From: Kangiellaceae bacterium
Lineage (GTDB): Bacteria > Pseudomonadota > Gammaproteobacteria > Enterobacterales > Kangiellaceae
Direction: 5' to 3'
Length of the DNA: 64,000 nt
Assembly: GCA_965230335.1 (NCBI GenBank)
Contig: CBDDKS010000006.1
Coordinates: 1,569,321-1,633,320 of the forward strand
In this document: positions 1 through 9,572 of the stretch, in pieces
Position numbering within the stretch: position 1 is the stretch's first letter
Layout of the letters: every line of letters starts with the position of its first letter
Translations under genes and position numbers: made by a program
Notes under the pieces: generated by a model
Told to the model about the DNA's origin: nothing
The model's database searches: none
What the model saw: only the letters and a program-made list of their open reading frames with translations

Positions 1-962
1 CTACGGGATCTTATCCTTATCGTCCTGACAATATTGATTTTGAACATCCCAGAGTGTTCGACTCTGATAAAATTCTTACACTGAAAAATACACCCAAGAA
101 AATTCTGATTTATGGTGCAGGTGTTATTGGCAGTGAATACGCATCTATTTTTAAAGGTTTGAGTTGTAAGGTTGAATTAGTTAATCCAGGTAATAAATTG
201 TTGAGTTATATGGATGATGAAATTTCGGATGCGTTAAGTTATCACTTTCGAAGACAAGGTGTGCTTATCAGGCATAATGAGTCCTTTAGTGCTTTAGAAA
301 CGCATGATGATAAAGTGACACTGATATTAGAAAGTGGCAAAATTTTAAATGCTGATATTTTTCTATGGGCTAATGGAAGAGCAGGCAATACTGAGAAGCT
401 TAATTTGTCCGCTGCAGGGTTAGAAGCCAATAAGCGGGGTTGTTTGGAAGTTAATCAGTTCTATCAGACATCTGTCGATCATATTTATGCTGTAGGTGAT
501 GTTATTGGTGCGCCAGCATTAGCCAGCGCATCGTATGATCAGGGGCGCTGTGCCTCTTCTCAAATTGTTGATAAGGAACATCCATTTTTGATCGATGATA
601 TTCCGATTGGTATTTATACGATTCCAGAGATTAGTAGTGTTGGAAAAACAGAGACAGAATTAACTTTGGCAAAAGTACCTTATGAAGTGGGTAAGGCCTA
701 TTTTAGAGATACGGCAAGAGCACAAATTACAGGCGAAGATACGGGTGTTTTGAAGTTGTTATTTCATCGTGAAACTTTAGAGTTATTAGGTATCCATTGT
801 TTTGGTAATCAAGCAGCTGAGATTTTACATATTGGACAAGCCATTATGGCCCAAAAAGATGGTGGCAATACCATTGAATACTTTGCAACACATACCTTTA
901 ATTATCCAACAATGGCAGAAGCTTACCGTGTTGCAGCGCTTAATGGATTAAATCGTATTTAG
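1..962 (+). CDS. sthA: Soluble pyridine nucleotide transhydrogenase, C-terminal part. The gene runs off the 5' window edge.
   Basis: The reading frame is open from nt 3. The translation [25 protein letters not shown]...[11 protein letters not shown] follows the SthA/UdhA pattern (HPR-[VI]-[FY]-DSD-x-IL). The C-terminal dimerisation region has [14 protein letters not shown]. Confidence 0.85.
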   Translation, partial: TGSYPYRPDNIDFEHPRVFDSDKILTLKNTPKKILIYGAGVIGSEYASIFKGLSCKVELVNPGNKLLSYMDDEISDALSYHFRRQGVLIRHNESFSALETHDDKVTLILESGKILNADIFLWANGRAGNTEKLNLSAAGLEANKRGCLEVNQFYQTSVDHIYAVGDVIGAPALASASYDQGRCASSQIVDKEHPFLIDDIPIGIYTIPEISSVGKTETELTLAKVPYEVGKAYFRDTARAQITGEDTGVLKLLFHRETLELLGIHCFGNQAAEILHIGQAIMAQKDGGNTIEYFATHTFNYPTMAEAYRVAALNGLNRI

Positions 963-1024
963 TGAATGTGTCGATATAAATGTATAAATAATGAAATTTT
1001 AAGAAAACGGGTTGAGTAAAAACT

Positions 1025-1255
1025 ATGCTTGAGGAATTCGCCGGTGGACTATTTCGTATTATTGGCAAGTTTTTTGGTTATATATTATTGGATTTACTTT
1101 TTGAAATAGCTATTAGAGGTACAGGATATTTTATAGTTAACCTATTTTCACCATCAAAATCAAAGATAAACCCAGATGGTTTTCTAGTCATTTTTGTTGG
1201 ATTCTCATTCTGGATTATAATAGCAATACTTTCGTATATACTTTTTAAACAATAG
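1025..1255 (+). CDS. Small hydrophobic hypothetical protein (76 aa, 2 predicted TM segments).
   Basis: ORF only. Hydrophobic composition. It sits 12 nt upstream of the photolyase gene. Confidence 0.3.
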   Translation: MLEEFAGGLFRIIGKFFGYILLDLLFEIAIRGTGYFIVNLFSPSKSKINPDGFLVIFVGFSFWIIIAILSYILFKQ

Positions 1256-1266
1256 CAAAATATAAT

Positions 1267-2670
1267 ATGATTCACGTTGTTTGGTTTCGTCAGGATTTAA
1301 GAATTACCGATAATCCAGCTTTAAAAAAAGCAGCCGATTTAGGGAAAGTTTTGCCAATTTATATTTTGGACGATATGAATGATGCTGTTTTTAATATGGG
1401 TGAGGCAAGTAAAGTATGGTTATATCATGCATTACAAGATTTAAATAAAAGTTTGTCAGGTCATTTACAATGTTTTTCTGGTGATTCTAAAAAGATATTA
1501 CTCAGTTTGTGTGAAGAATATGATGTTGCTGGTGTTCATTGGAATCGCTGTTATGAACCTTGGCGTATTTCGTGTGATGAAGACATTAAACAGTCTTTTA
1601 AAGAGAGCAGTATTTCAGTTCATAGTTACAATGGCAGTTTATTGTGGGAGCCCTGGGATATTTTAAAAGCAGACAAAACGCCTTATAGAGTATTTACACC
1701 TTATTTTAATCGAGGTTGTTTACAAGCAGAATCACCTCGTAAACCAATAGCCAGGGCAAAAAAGATCATCTTTTGCAAAGATAAGTTGAATTCTATTTCT
1801 ATAGATGATTTGGGGCTTTTGCCAGAGATAGTCTGGTATGACTCTATAGAGTCCCATTGGGACATCAGCGAACAGGGTGCAGTAAAGGGATTAGACAAAT
1901 TTCTGGAAAATGGACTATCTGATTACAAAGTGGGACGTGATTTTCCGGGTAAACAACACGTTTCCAGATTGTCGCCTTATTTACACTTTGGTCAAATTTC
2001 TCCCCATCAGGTTTGGTATGCTGCTTCCCGCTGTGGAAGTGATGAAAATATGGAATATTTTCTAAGAGAGTTAGGTTGGCGAGAGTTTTCTTACTCATTG
2101 CTTTATCATTTTCCTACTTTACCTTCAGAAAACTTTCAGACTAAATTTAATCAATTTCCTTGGTGTGACAATGAAACATTGTTAAAAGCATGGCAAATGG
2201 GGCAAACGGGGTATCCGATTGTGGATGCAGGTATGCGAGAGTTATGGCAAACAGGCTATATGCATAATCGTGTAAGAATGATTGTTGGTTCATTTCTTGT
2301 AAAAAATTTATTATTACATTGGCGACATGGTGCGGCATGGTTTTGGAATTGTCTGGTTGATGCCGATTTGGCCAATAATAGTGCAAGCTGGCAATGGGTT
2401 GCTGGGTGTGGTGCTGATGCAGCACCTTATTTTAGAATTTTTAATCCGATGACACAGGGTGAAAAGTTTGACCCAGATGGTGAATATACACGTCATTATG
2501 TACCAGAATTAAAAGCCGTACCGGATAAATATTTGTTTAAACCCTGGTTAGCATCTAGTGAGTTATTAAATAATGCAGGTGTTGTCATAGGAAAGGATTA
2601 TCCTCATCCAATTGTTGATATCAAAGAATCCAGATTAAAGGCATTAGAAGTCTTTCGTTCATTATCTTGA
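1267..2670 (+). CDS. phrB: Deoxyribodipyrimidine photolyase (CPD photolyase).
   Basis: The N-terminus VWFRQDLRITDNPAL matches the photolyase N-terminal domain. The FAD-binding region has WREFSYSLLYHFP, GYMHNRVRMIVGSFLVKNL and WQWVAGCGADAAPYFRIFNP. The length is 467 aa. Confidence 0.9.
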   Translation: MIHVVWFRQDLRITDNPALKKAADLGKVLPIYILDDMNDAVFNMGEASKVWLYHALQDLNKSLSGHLQCFSGDSKKILLSLCEEYDVAGVHWNRCYEPWRISCDEDIKQSFKESSISVHSYNGSLLWEPWDILKADKTPYRVFTPYFNRGCLQAESPRKPIARAKKIIFCKDKLNSISIDDLGLLPEIVWYDSIESHWDISEQGAVKGLDKFLENGLSDYKVGRDFPGKQHVSRLSPYLHFGQISPHQVWYAASRCGSDENMEYFLRELGWREFSYSLLYHFPTLPSENFQTKFNQFPWCDNETLLKAWQMGQTGYPIVDAGMRELWQTGYMHNRVRMIVGSFLVKNLLLHWRHGAAWFWNCLVDADLANNSASWQWVAGCGADAAPYFRIFNPMTQGEKFDPDGEYTRHYVPELKAVPDKYLFKPWLASSELLNNAGVVIGKDYPHPIVDIKESRLKALEVFRSLS

Positions 2671-2969
2671 TCTGAGCTTTTATAAGCTGAAAATATTTTT
2701 TATGTCATTTATATGATATAAATTAATGTAATATAGATGTGCTACTATTAAAGCTTACAGGGTTAGAGTGCCGAGTTATTTAATTAGCCAGATTAACGTT
2801 TGTTCTAAGGAGAAACTATGAAACTTATCATTATAACGGTTACTTTCTATCGTTAAATTGCTTTTCAAAAGAGGAAAAAAAATTTCTTACACAAATCTTA
2901 GAGCCTACTGGTGGAAAAATTGTAAAGCCTAAGGATTGGTATTTTAAATAAAATAAATTGAGGTAAACG

Positions 2970-3602
2970 ATGAATTTAATATTAGAACCTTACAAAAATC
3001 AGATAGTAAGGTGGCCGCAAGAAGGTTGCCATATATTGGCGCAATTTACAGGAGAGTATGTAGTGGTGTATCAGGCTTATCGACCAGAAATTGGACACTT
3101 TGCTGTAAAAAATCAACATTTTGGTGGAGAGTTTAGTTTTAATCGAATGAGTTGGATTAAACCAAATTTTCTATGGATGATGTTTCGGAGTGGTTGGGCT
3201 ACAAAAATAGATCAAGAGGTTATTTTGGCAATTTACTTAAAAAAAGATTTTTTTAATCATGTTCTTGAAAATGCGTATCCATCAAGAAATGTTCTCGGTT
3301 TAGAAAAAACAGAGTGGGATAAGAAAATAGAAACAACTCATGTTCGTTTACAATGGGATCCAGATCATGATCCAACAGGACGTCCTTTGGAAAGAAAAGC
3401 TATTCAATTAGGTTTGCGAAGAACGTTTTTATTACCATTTAAAGGTGATGGTATTGTTAAAATAGAGAATATTTCAGATTTTGTCTATGAACAACGACAA
3501 CATGTAGAGTCATTAAGGTTTGATGAACTGATACTGCCTAAGGAAGAGCTTTATGAAGTGAATGATACAGTACGTTCAAATTTGTTAATGGATATTTTTT
3601 AA
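2970..3602 (+). CDS. DUF4291-family protein.
   Basis: The 210-aa protein carries the motifs RMSWIKPNFLWMMFRSGWATK and QWDPDHDP, which I recall as DUF4291. It is adjacent to the photolyase gene. Confidence 0.5.
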   Translation: MNLILEPYKNQIVRWPQEGCHILAQFTGEYVVVYQAYRPEIGHFAVKNQHFGGEFSFNRMSWIKPNFLWMMFRSGWATKIDQEVILAIYLKKDFFNHVLENAYPSRNVLGLEKTEWDKKIETTHVRLQWDPDHDPTGRPLERKAIQLGLRRTFLLPFKGDGIVKIENISDFVYEQRQHVESLRFDELILPKEELYEVNDTVRSNLLMDIF

Positions 3603-3657
3603 AGTTACATTAAGAAAAAAGAGTGTGATATATATTTAATAGTTGAGAGTAGTGATC

Positions 3658-4434
3658 ATGAATCCTATAAAAACCAATCAAGCATCCTGGAACAAAAGAA
3701 CAGAAATTCATGTAACTTCTGATTTTTATAATGTTGATGGCTTTTTAAAGGGTGGCAATACACTAAATAAGATTGAGCTATCAGAGGTGGGTGATGTTGC
3801 TGGTAAAACACTGCTGCATCTTCAGTGTCATTTTGGTTTAGATACATTATCCTGGGCAAGATTGGGTGCCCAGGTAACGGGTGTTGACTTCTCACCTGTT
3901 GCTATTGAATATGCTAATAAAATTAAGAAACAGGCAAATCTAGAGGGAAACTTTATTTGTTCAGATATTGATAGTTTTGGGAAGCATGGGAAAGAGCAAT
4001 ATGATGTGGTGTTTACCTCTTATGGCGTACTTTGTTGGTTGCCTTGTTTAATTACTTGGGCTGAAACCATTGCAAATCATTTAAAGCCGGGTGGTTTGTT
4101 TTATATGGCTGAATTTCATCCGGCATATGATTTAGTCTCGGGTTTTTCTTATTTTTATAAAAAAGATCCTTATGTTGAAAAAGAAGGTACTTATACAGAA
4201 AATGACACAGGTGAAAAATTAACATTGGTCACTTGGACTCATGCACTTAGTGATGTCGTTAATGCTTTAATTGAGGTGGGTATAGAAATCATACACTTGA
4301 ATGAATATCCTTATAGTCCCTATAACTGTTTTGACAATATGATTGAAGGTGAAAAAGGTCAATTTTATATTCATCACTTAAAAGCAGAAGTACCTTTGGT
4401 TTATAGTATTAAGGGACGGAAAAATAACTCATGA
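3658..4434 (+). CDS. Class I SAM-dependent methyltransferase.
   Basis: Motif I-like segment LHLQCHFGLDTLSWARLGAQVTGVDFSP and motif II region YDVVFTSYGVLCWL. The ATG at 3658 is preceded by GAGAG. The ORF track's TTG at 3643 is less likely. Confidence 0.7.
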   Translation: MNPIKTNQASWNKRTEIHVTSDFYNVDGFLKGGNTLNKIELSEVGDVAGKTLLHLQCHFGLDTLSWARLGAQVTGVDFSPVAIEYANKIKKQANLEGNFICSDIDSFGKHGKEQYDVVFTSYGVLCWLPCLITWAETIANHLKPGGLFYMAEFHPAYDLVSGFSYFYKKDPYVEKEGTYTENDTGEKLTLVTWTHALSDVVNALIEVGIEIIHLNEYPYSPYNCFDNMIEGEKGQFYIHHLKAEVPLVYSIKGRKNNS

Positions 4435-4600
4435 AGGATAAAGTTATGCAACAGATGGAATTGAATCAAGTCAATCGCTTTAAGCCATATTTTTATAGAC
4501 GTTGTCTTTTAATTTTTGTACACTGTTTGTGTTGACTAAAACCTGTCTTCACTGACACTTGCCTTTCATAGGGAAGCATTAACAATCGATAAGGACGTTT

Positions 4601-6118
4601 ATGAATCTATCACATATTTATTCCAGAGCCGGTGTAGGCATTGCTGCACCTTTAATTACTATTGAAACTCATTTATCTAATGGCTTACCAGCGTTATCCA
4701 TTGTGGGTATGGCTGAAACGGCTGTGCGAGAAAGTAAAGATCGTGTGCGTAGTGCTTTACTGAATACGCAACTCAACTTTCCAACACGACGCATTACCAT
4801 TAATTTGGCGCCAGCAGACTTACCCAAAGAAGGCTGTCGCTTTGATTTGGCCATTGCATTGGGTATTTTATCAGCATCAGATCAAATTCCTGTGGATGAT
4901 TTAAGTCGTTATGAGTTTGTTGGTGAACTAGCACTTTCGGGAGAGTTGCGTCCTATTCGGGGTATTTTACCAGCGGCTTTGGCAGCGAAAAAAGCCGGAC
5001 GTATTTTGGTATTACCTGAAGGTAATGCAGAAGAAGCGGCTCTGGCAAAAGGAGAACAGCGTGTTGCCAGACATATTCTGGATGTTGTTGCTCATTTATG
5101 TTCGCAAAAATTGTTGCCTGAAAATACTCATCAAATCAGCTCAGATAATGAGCAAGCATCAGCAGATATTAATGAGGTACGAGGGCAGTATGCTGCAAAA
5201 CGTGCTTTGGAGATTGCCGCAGCAGGTCAGCATAATTTATTGTTTATTGGTCCACCAGGTACCGGAAAAACCATGCTGGCAAAACGTTTATCGGGTATTT
5301 TGCCACCACTGAGTGATGAACAGGCTGTGGATGTGGCAGCGATAGCATCAATCAGTGGGTTATCAGATATATCCAAATACTGGAAGCAGAGGCCTTTTAG
5401 AGCGCCCCACCATACGGCTTCTGCAGCAGCACTGATTGGTGGTGGCAGTCATCCTAGACCGGGAGAAGTATCACTGGCCCATCACGGAGTTTTATTTTTG
5501 GATGAACTGGCAGAATTTGATCGCAAAGTGTTGGAGGTATTAAGAGAACCTTTGGAGTCTGGGCATGTGATTATTTCACGTGCTGCCCGTCAGGCAGAAT
5601 ATCCTGCTGAATTTCAACTTATTGCTGCGATGAATCCTTGTCCCTGCGGTCATTTTGGTAATCCCCGAGGCCAATGCCGGTGTACACCAGAACAGGTTCG
5701 CCGATATTTGTTGAAATTATCCGGGCCATTTCTTGATCGCATTGATATGCATATTGAAGTACCTTTGATTCAAAAGTCAGATTTTATAAAGCCTGTAGTA
5801 GATGAACACAGAGAGTCATCATCTGAAATTGGTATCCGAGTCACAAAAGCTCGTCGTCAACAATTGAACCGCCAGGATTGTTTAAATGGAGGGCTGGAAG
5901 CAGCACAATTGGAAGAACATTTACATATTGAAGAAGAAGCTCATGAATTTATGCTGGATGTTCTGGAAAAATTGAACTTATCTGCCAGAGCTTATCATCG
6001 TATTTTGCGGGTTGCCCGAACCATTGCTGATTTAGAGAGTGCCGAGCAGGTGACTATGTCACATATTTCCGAGGCGATTAGTTATCGAAAAATAGAGCGC
6101 TTTATGCAGCAGGTTTAA
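4601..6118 (+). CDS. comM: YifB/ComM family Mg-chelatase-like AAA+ ATPase.
   Basis: N-terminal Lon-like domain. Walker A LFIGPPGTGKT and Walker B VLFLDELAEF. A CPCG...C..C zinc motif is present. The length is 505 aa. Confidence 0.9.
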   Translation: MNLSHIYSRAGVGIAAPLITIETHLSNGLPALSIVGMAETAVRESKDRVRSALLNTQLNFPTRRITINLAPADLPKEGCRFDLAIALGILSASDQIPVDDLSRYEFVGELALSGELRPIRGILPAALAAKKAGRILVLPEGNAEEAALAKGEQRVARHILDVVAHLCSQKLLPENTHQISSDNEQASADINEVRGQYAAKRALEIAAAGQHNLLFIGPPGTGKTMLAKRLSGILPPLSDEQAVDVAAIASISGLSDISKYWKQRPFRAPHHTASAAALIGGGSHPRPGEVSLAHHGVLFLDELAEFDRKVLEVLREPLESGHVIISRAARQAEYPAEFQLIAAMNPCPCGHFGNPRGQCRCTPEQVRRYLLKLSGPFLDRIDMHIEVPLIQKSDFIKPVVDEHRESSSEIGIRVTKARRQQLNRQDCLNGGLEAAQLEEHLHIEEEAHEFMLDVLEKLNLSARAYHRILRVARTIADLESAEQVTMSHISEAISYRKIERFMQQV

Positions 6119-6360
6119 TGTGATGTTGCTGCTCTTCATCCCGAATTCAGGTTACTCCAGGTTATTTCAGAGAGATAAAATGTTCTAGAGTACACAAATC
6201 TGTCGATAAAATTTACATTTGAGGTTTAAAGAAAATAAATAAAGTCCATAACTTATTGAATAATAACAAAAATATGTTTTTGGCCTTTTTCTTGCTTATG
6301 GACTAAGACTTATTGCGAACTTAATATCGCTAAACATAAATTAACTCTAGAGAGAAAGGC

Positions 6361-6558
6361 ATGGACTTAACACAATTTCCTGGGAAGCCGGGCAAGTATC
6401 GATTTAAGATAAGTTCCTGGACACCAACATTAACAGTGAATGTTTTTAAAAATTCATTAAATCAAAATGATGGTTGGCGATTACGTTGTGGTGCTCTGAT
6501 TATGAATCCAGAGCGGTTCTTAAATCAAAAAAGCTGGGAAGGACCTATTAACTACTAG
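6361..6558 (+). CDS. Hypothetical small protein (65 aa).
   Basis: ORF with a strong SD (GAGAGAAAGG) 6 nt upstream of the ATG. It is followed by a hairpin terminator at about 6624-6650. No recognisable domain. Confidence 0.25.
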   Translation: MDLTQFPGKPGKYRFKISSWTPTLTVNVFKNSLNQNDGWRLRCGALIMNPERFLNQKSWEGPINY

Positions 6559-6667
6559 CATTTTTTGATTGGTACTTGATACTCAGGGAACGATTCTTTT
6601 AAAATTCGATTTATTCTTAAAAAAAGACCTCAGTTTGTGGTCTTTTTCTTTTTTTGGGGAATAACCA

Positions 6668-8680
6668 ATCCATCAGTTAAACGAACAACAGCATGCAGCT
6701 GTCACGTCAATTGCTGAGCCTTTGTTGGTATTGGCCGGTGCAGGCAGTGGAAAAACCAGTGTTATTACCGCAAAAATTGCCCACTTAATACAGCGCTGTG
6801 ATTATAAGGCATCTCATATTGCTGCGGTGACTTTCACCAATAAAGCAGCACGTGAAATGCGAACACGTGTTGATCAATTATTGGGTAAAAAAACAACAAA
6901 AGGATTAAGTGTTTCCACATTTCATCGTTTGGGTTTGAATATTATTCGTCGTGAATATCAGCATTTAAATTTCAAACAGCATTTTACTATTTTTGATGAT
7001 CAGGATACGTCCAGTTTGTTGAAAGAACTGGGGCATTTGGATAATGCAGGCGATAAGTTAGAACTATCCCAACATCAACAAAAAATATCCCATTGGAAAA
7101 ACCAATTTATTACACCCGATCAAGCCATTGCTCAAGCGATTAACCAAGAGGATTTGACCGCAGCTAAATTATTTGCCGCATATGATAGAAATATGCGAGC
7201 CTATAATGCGGTTGATTTTGATGATTTGATTCGTTACCCCGTTGCTTTATTGCAGGAATACAAAGCGTTACGGGAAAAATGGCAAAATAAAATTCGTTAT
7301 TTACTGGTTGATGAATATCAGGATACCAATAGCTGCCAATATGAATTGATTAAATTAATTTGTGGAACACAAGGTATGATGACGGTAGTTGGTGATGATG
7401 ACCAATCTATTTATTCATGGCGGGGTGCTCAACCGGAAAACTTAAAACAATTAAAAATGGATTATCCAAATTTAAATATTATCAAGCTGGAACAAAATTA
7501 TCGTTCCTGTGGGCGTATTTTACATACCGCTAATATATTAATTCAAAATAATGATCATCTATTTGAAAAAAAACTTTGGTCACAAAAAGAATATGGAGAG
7601 CCTATCCGAGTATTAGTAGCAGAGAATGATAATGATGAGGCCAATCGTGTTGTTACAGAAATATTGGCGCATCAGTTAAGAGCTGGTACAAGATTTCAGG
7701 ATTACGCTATTTTGTATCGGGGTAATCATCAATCTAAATTTTTAGAAAAAATATTGGTTGAAAAACAAGTGCCTTATAAAGTCAGTGGCAGTACATCCTT
7801 TTTTGCGCGCAGTGAAATAAAAGATATCATGGCCTACCTTCGATTATTAATTAATCTGGATGATGATAATGCCTTTTTAAGAATAGTAAATCGTCCAAAA
7901 CGGGAAATAGGACCAACCACTCTGGAAAAATTAGGTGCTTATGCTCAAGAGCGACATATCAGTTTATTTAGTGCCTGTTTTGAATTAGGTTTGGAACAGC
8001 ATCTTTCTGGAAAAGGATTAGCCGCCATAAAACGATTTGCAAAAATGATAACGATTGCCAGTGATAATTTACAAAGAGGTAATAGTTTTGCCGTTATTCA
8101 GGATTTAATTCAATCTATTGATTATCAAACTTGGTTGTATGAACAGGCTTCCAGTCCTGTTGCTGCAGAATTTAAATGGGGTAATGTTCAACAATTATTA
8201 TCCTGGATAGAGCAAGGCATTGACAATAATCAGCAGGAAGATAATCCGGTTGCGGTCACGATCAATCGTTTGCAGCTTAGGGAAATGATTGAAAATAATG
8301 AAGAGGAAGAGCAGGACAACCAAGTACAATTAATGACATTACATGCTTCCAAAGGATTAGAATTCCCACATGTTTATCTTGTTGGTATGGAAGAAGAATT
8401 ACTGCCTCATCTAACCAGTATCGAAGAAGAGAATATTGAAGAGGAACGCCGTTTAGCTTATGTAGGCGTGACACGGGCACAACAAACGCTAACCTTAACC
8501 TATGCCCAACAAAGAAAGCGATATGGACATTTACATAATACAGAACCGAGTCGCTTTTTAATGGAGCTTCCTAAAGACGATCTCATTTGGGAAGGCCAGA
8601 ATACTACAGAGATATCAGAAGAACAGATACGAGAGAAAGGCCGGGAACAATTGGATAAACTGAGAAAAATGTTGATATAA
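6668..8680 (+). CDS. rep: ATP-dependent DNA helicase Rep (UvrD/PcrA superfamily 1). The start codon is probably the non-canonical ATC at 6668. The ORF track's TTG at 6722 would cut off the conserved N-terminus.
   Basis: The in-frame upstream translation [30 protein letters not shown] aligns residue-for-residue with the E. coli Rep N-terminus ([29 protein letters not shown]). A stop (TAA) lies at 6662-6664, and TGGGGAA is 7 nt before the ATC. Helicase motifs [16 protein letters not shown] and [10 protein letters not shown]... are present. Confidence 0.85.
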   Translation: [670 protein letters not shown]

Positions 8681-8730
8681 ATTTCATATAAAAGTGACGC
8701 ATTTGGAGTATAATTTAGTTATACTCATTA

Positions 8731-8785
8731 GGGTCTGTTGCTCTTTTACAGGTTAAGCCTGTAAAAGAGCAACAGACCCTATTTG
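8731..8785 (+). terminator. Perfect 22-bp-stem hairpin (loop TTAAG) followed by TATTTG. Probable rep terminator.
   Basis: GGGTCTGTTGCTCTTTTACAGG / CCTGTAAAAGAGCAACAGACCC at 8731-8752 and 8758-8779. Confidence 0.5.
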
Positions 8786-8822
8786 TAATGCTTAAAATAC
8801 TCTTTTTTAATTGATTGATAAC

Positions 8823-9392
8823 ATGAAGAAAAACGAAACACAAAAAACAGATTTCTGGCAATTCAGTCTTGACTTTTATAAAGATAAAGATGTAAAAAAT
8901 ACCTGTTTGATTCTTCAAAATGAATACCAGTTCCAAGTAAATATTATTTTATTCTTACTTTGGTATTCAGCTAGTTATCATAAAATGCTGTCTAAAGAAC
9001 AAATACAGGAACTGATGCTGATTGTTGAACAAAAAGTATTATTGACAGATGAGTTCAGATCGTTTCGTAGGGATTTTTGGCAAAAATTAAATAAAGCGGG
9101 TGAGCCCTTACCATCAGAGTCCATCAAACAGGCATTAGTGGACGTCGAGATAAGCCTGGAAGCAGAAATACAGAGTACTATCATTGAGCATATGGCTTCA
9201 GAATTGCAGGATAATCATGCTAAGTCTTCCACACATTCAAACTATATAGAGCTTGATTTTATTGCCAGCGAAAATTTAGAAAGATATTTTTATCTTATTC
9301 ATCCAGGCACGCATGATCAAAACATCTGGACTGCATTACAAATTTTGGTTTCACATTTGGCAATTATGCTAGACAACGACTCAGCAGCTTAG
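8823..9392 (+). CDS. Conserved hypothetical protein, TIGR02444-like.
   Basis: The N-terminal FWQFSLDFY...CLILQNEYQFQVNIILFLLWYSA pattern matches what I recall for TIGR02444. ATG at 8823. Confidence 0.45.
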   Translation: MKKNETQKTDFWQFSLDFYKDKDVKNTCLILQNEYQFQVNIILFLLWYSASYHKMLSKEQIQELMLIVEQKVLLTDEFRSFRRDFWQKLNKAGEPLPSESIKQALVDVEISLEAEIQSTIIEHMASELQDNHAKSSTHSNYIELDFIASENLERYFYLIHPGTHDQNIWTALQILVSHLAIMLDNDSAA

Positions 9393-9572
9393 GAATTGTT
9401 ACTTTTTTTTATTTAAATCTCAAAGAATGGAATCGTTATTTTGTGTAAAGACAATAATTTTTTGTAACAAATTCTCTCTTTTATATTCATTCGTATTTGC
9501 TATTGTGTAGACGTTGAGTTTTTCTCAATATATTCAACTTAACTTAATTCTACCCATTTGAGGAGTTTACAC

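Noticed and set aside
242-430. Short antisense ORFs inside sthA. Similar ones lie inside phr, argS, rapA, fadB and the giant ATPase gene.
   Set aside because: They are embedded in strongly supported CDSs on the opposite strand or in another frame. None has start context or domain support.
6243-6304. 9-bp inverted repeat AGTCCATAA...TTATGGACT flanking a 44-nt AT-rich spacer between comM and rep. It was considered as a small RNA or terminator.
   Set aside because: The arms are short and far apart. No promoter or terminator context was seen, and nothing distinguishes it from chance in 36% GC DNA.
8715-8936. 73-aa minus-strand ORF spanning the rep hairpin and the start of the next gene.
   Set aside because: It overlaps a perfect 22-bp palindrome and the 5' end of a better-supported plus-strand gene. 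It has no RBS and its composition is not coding-like.
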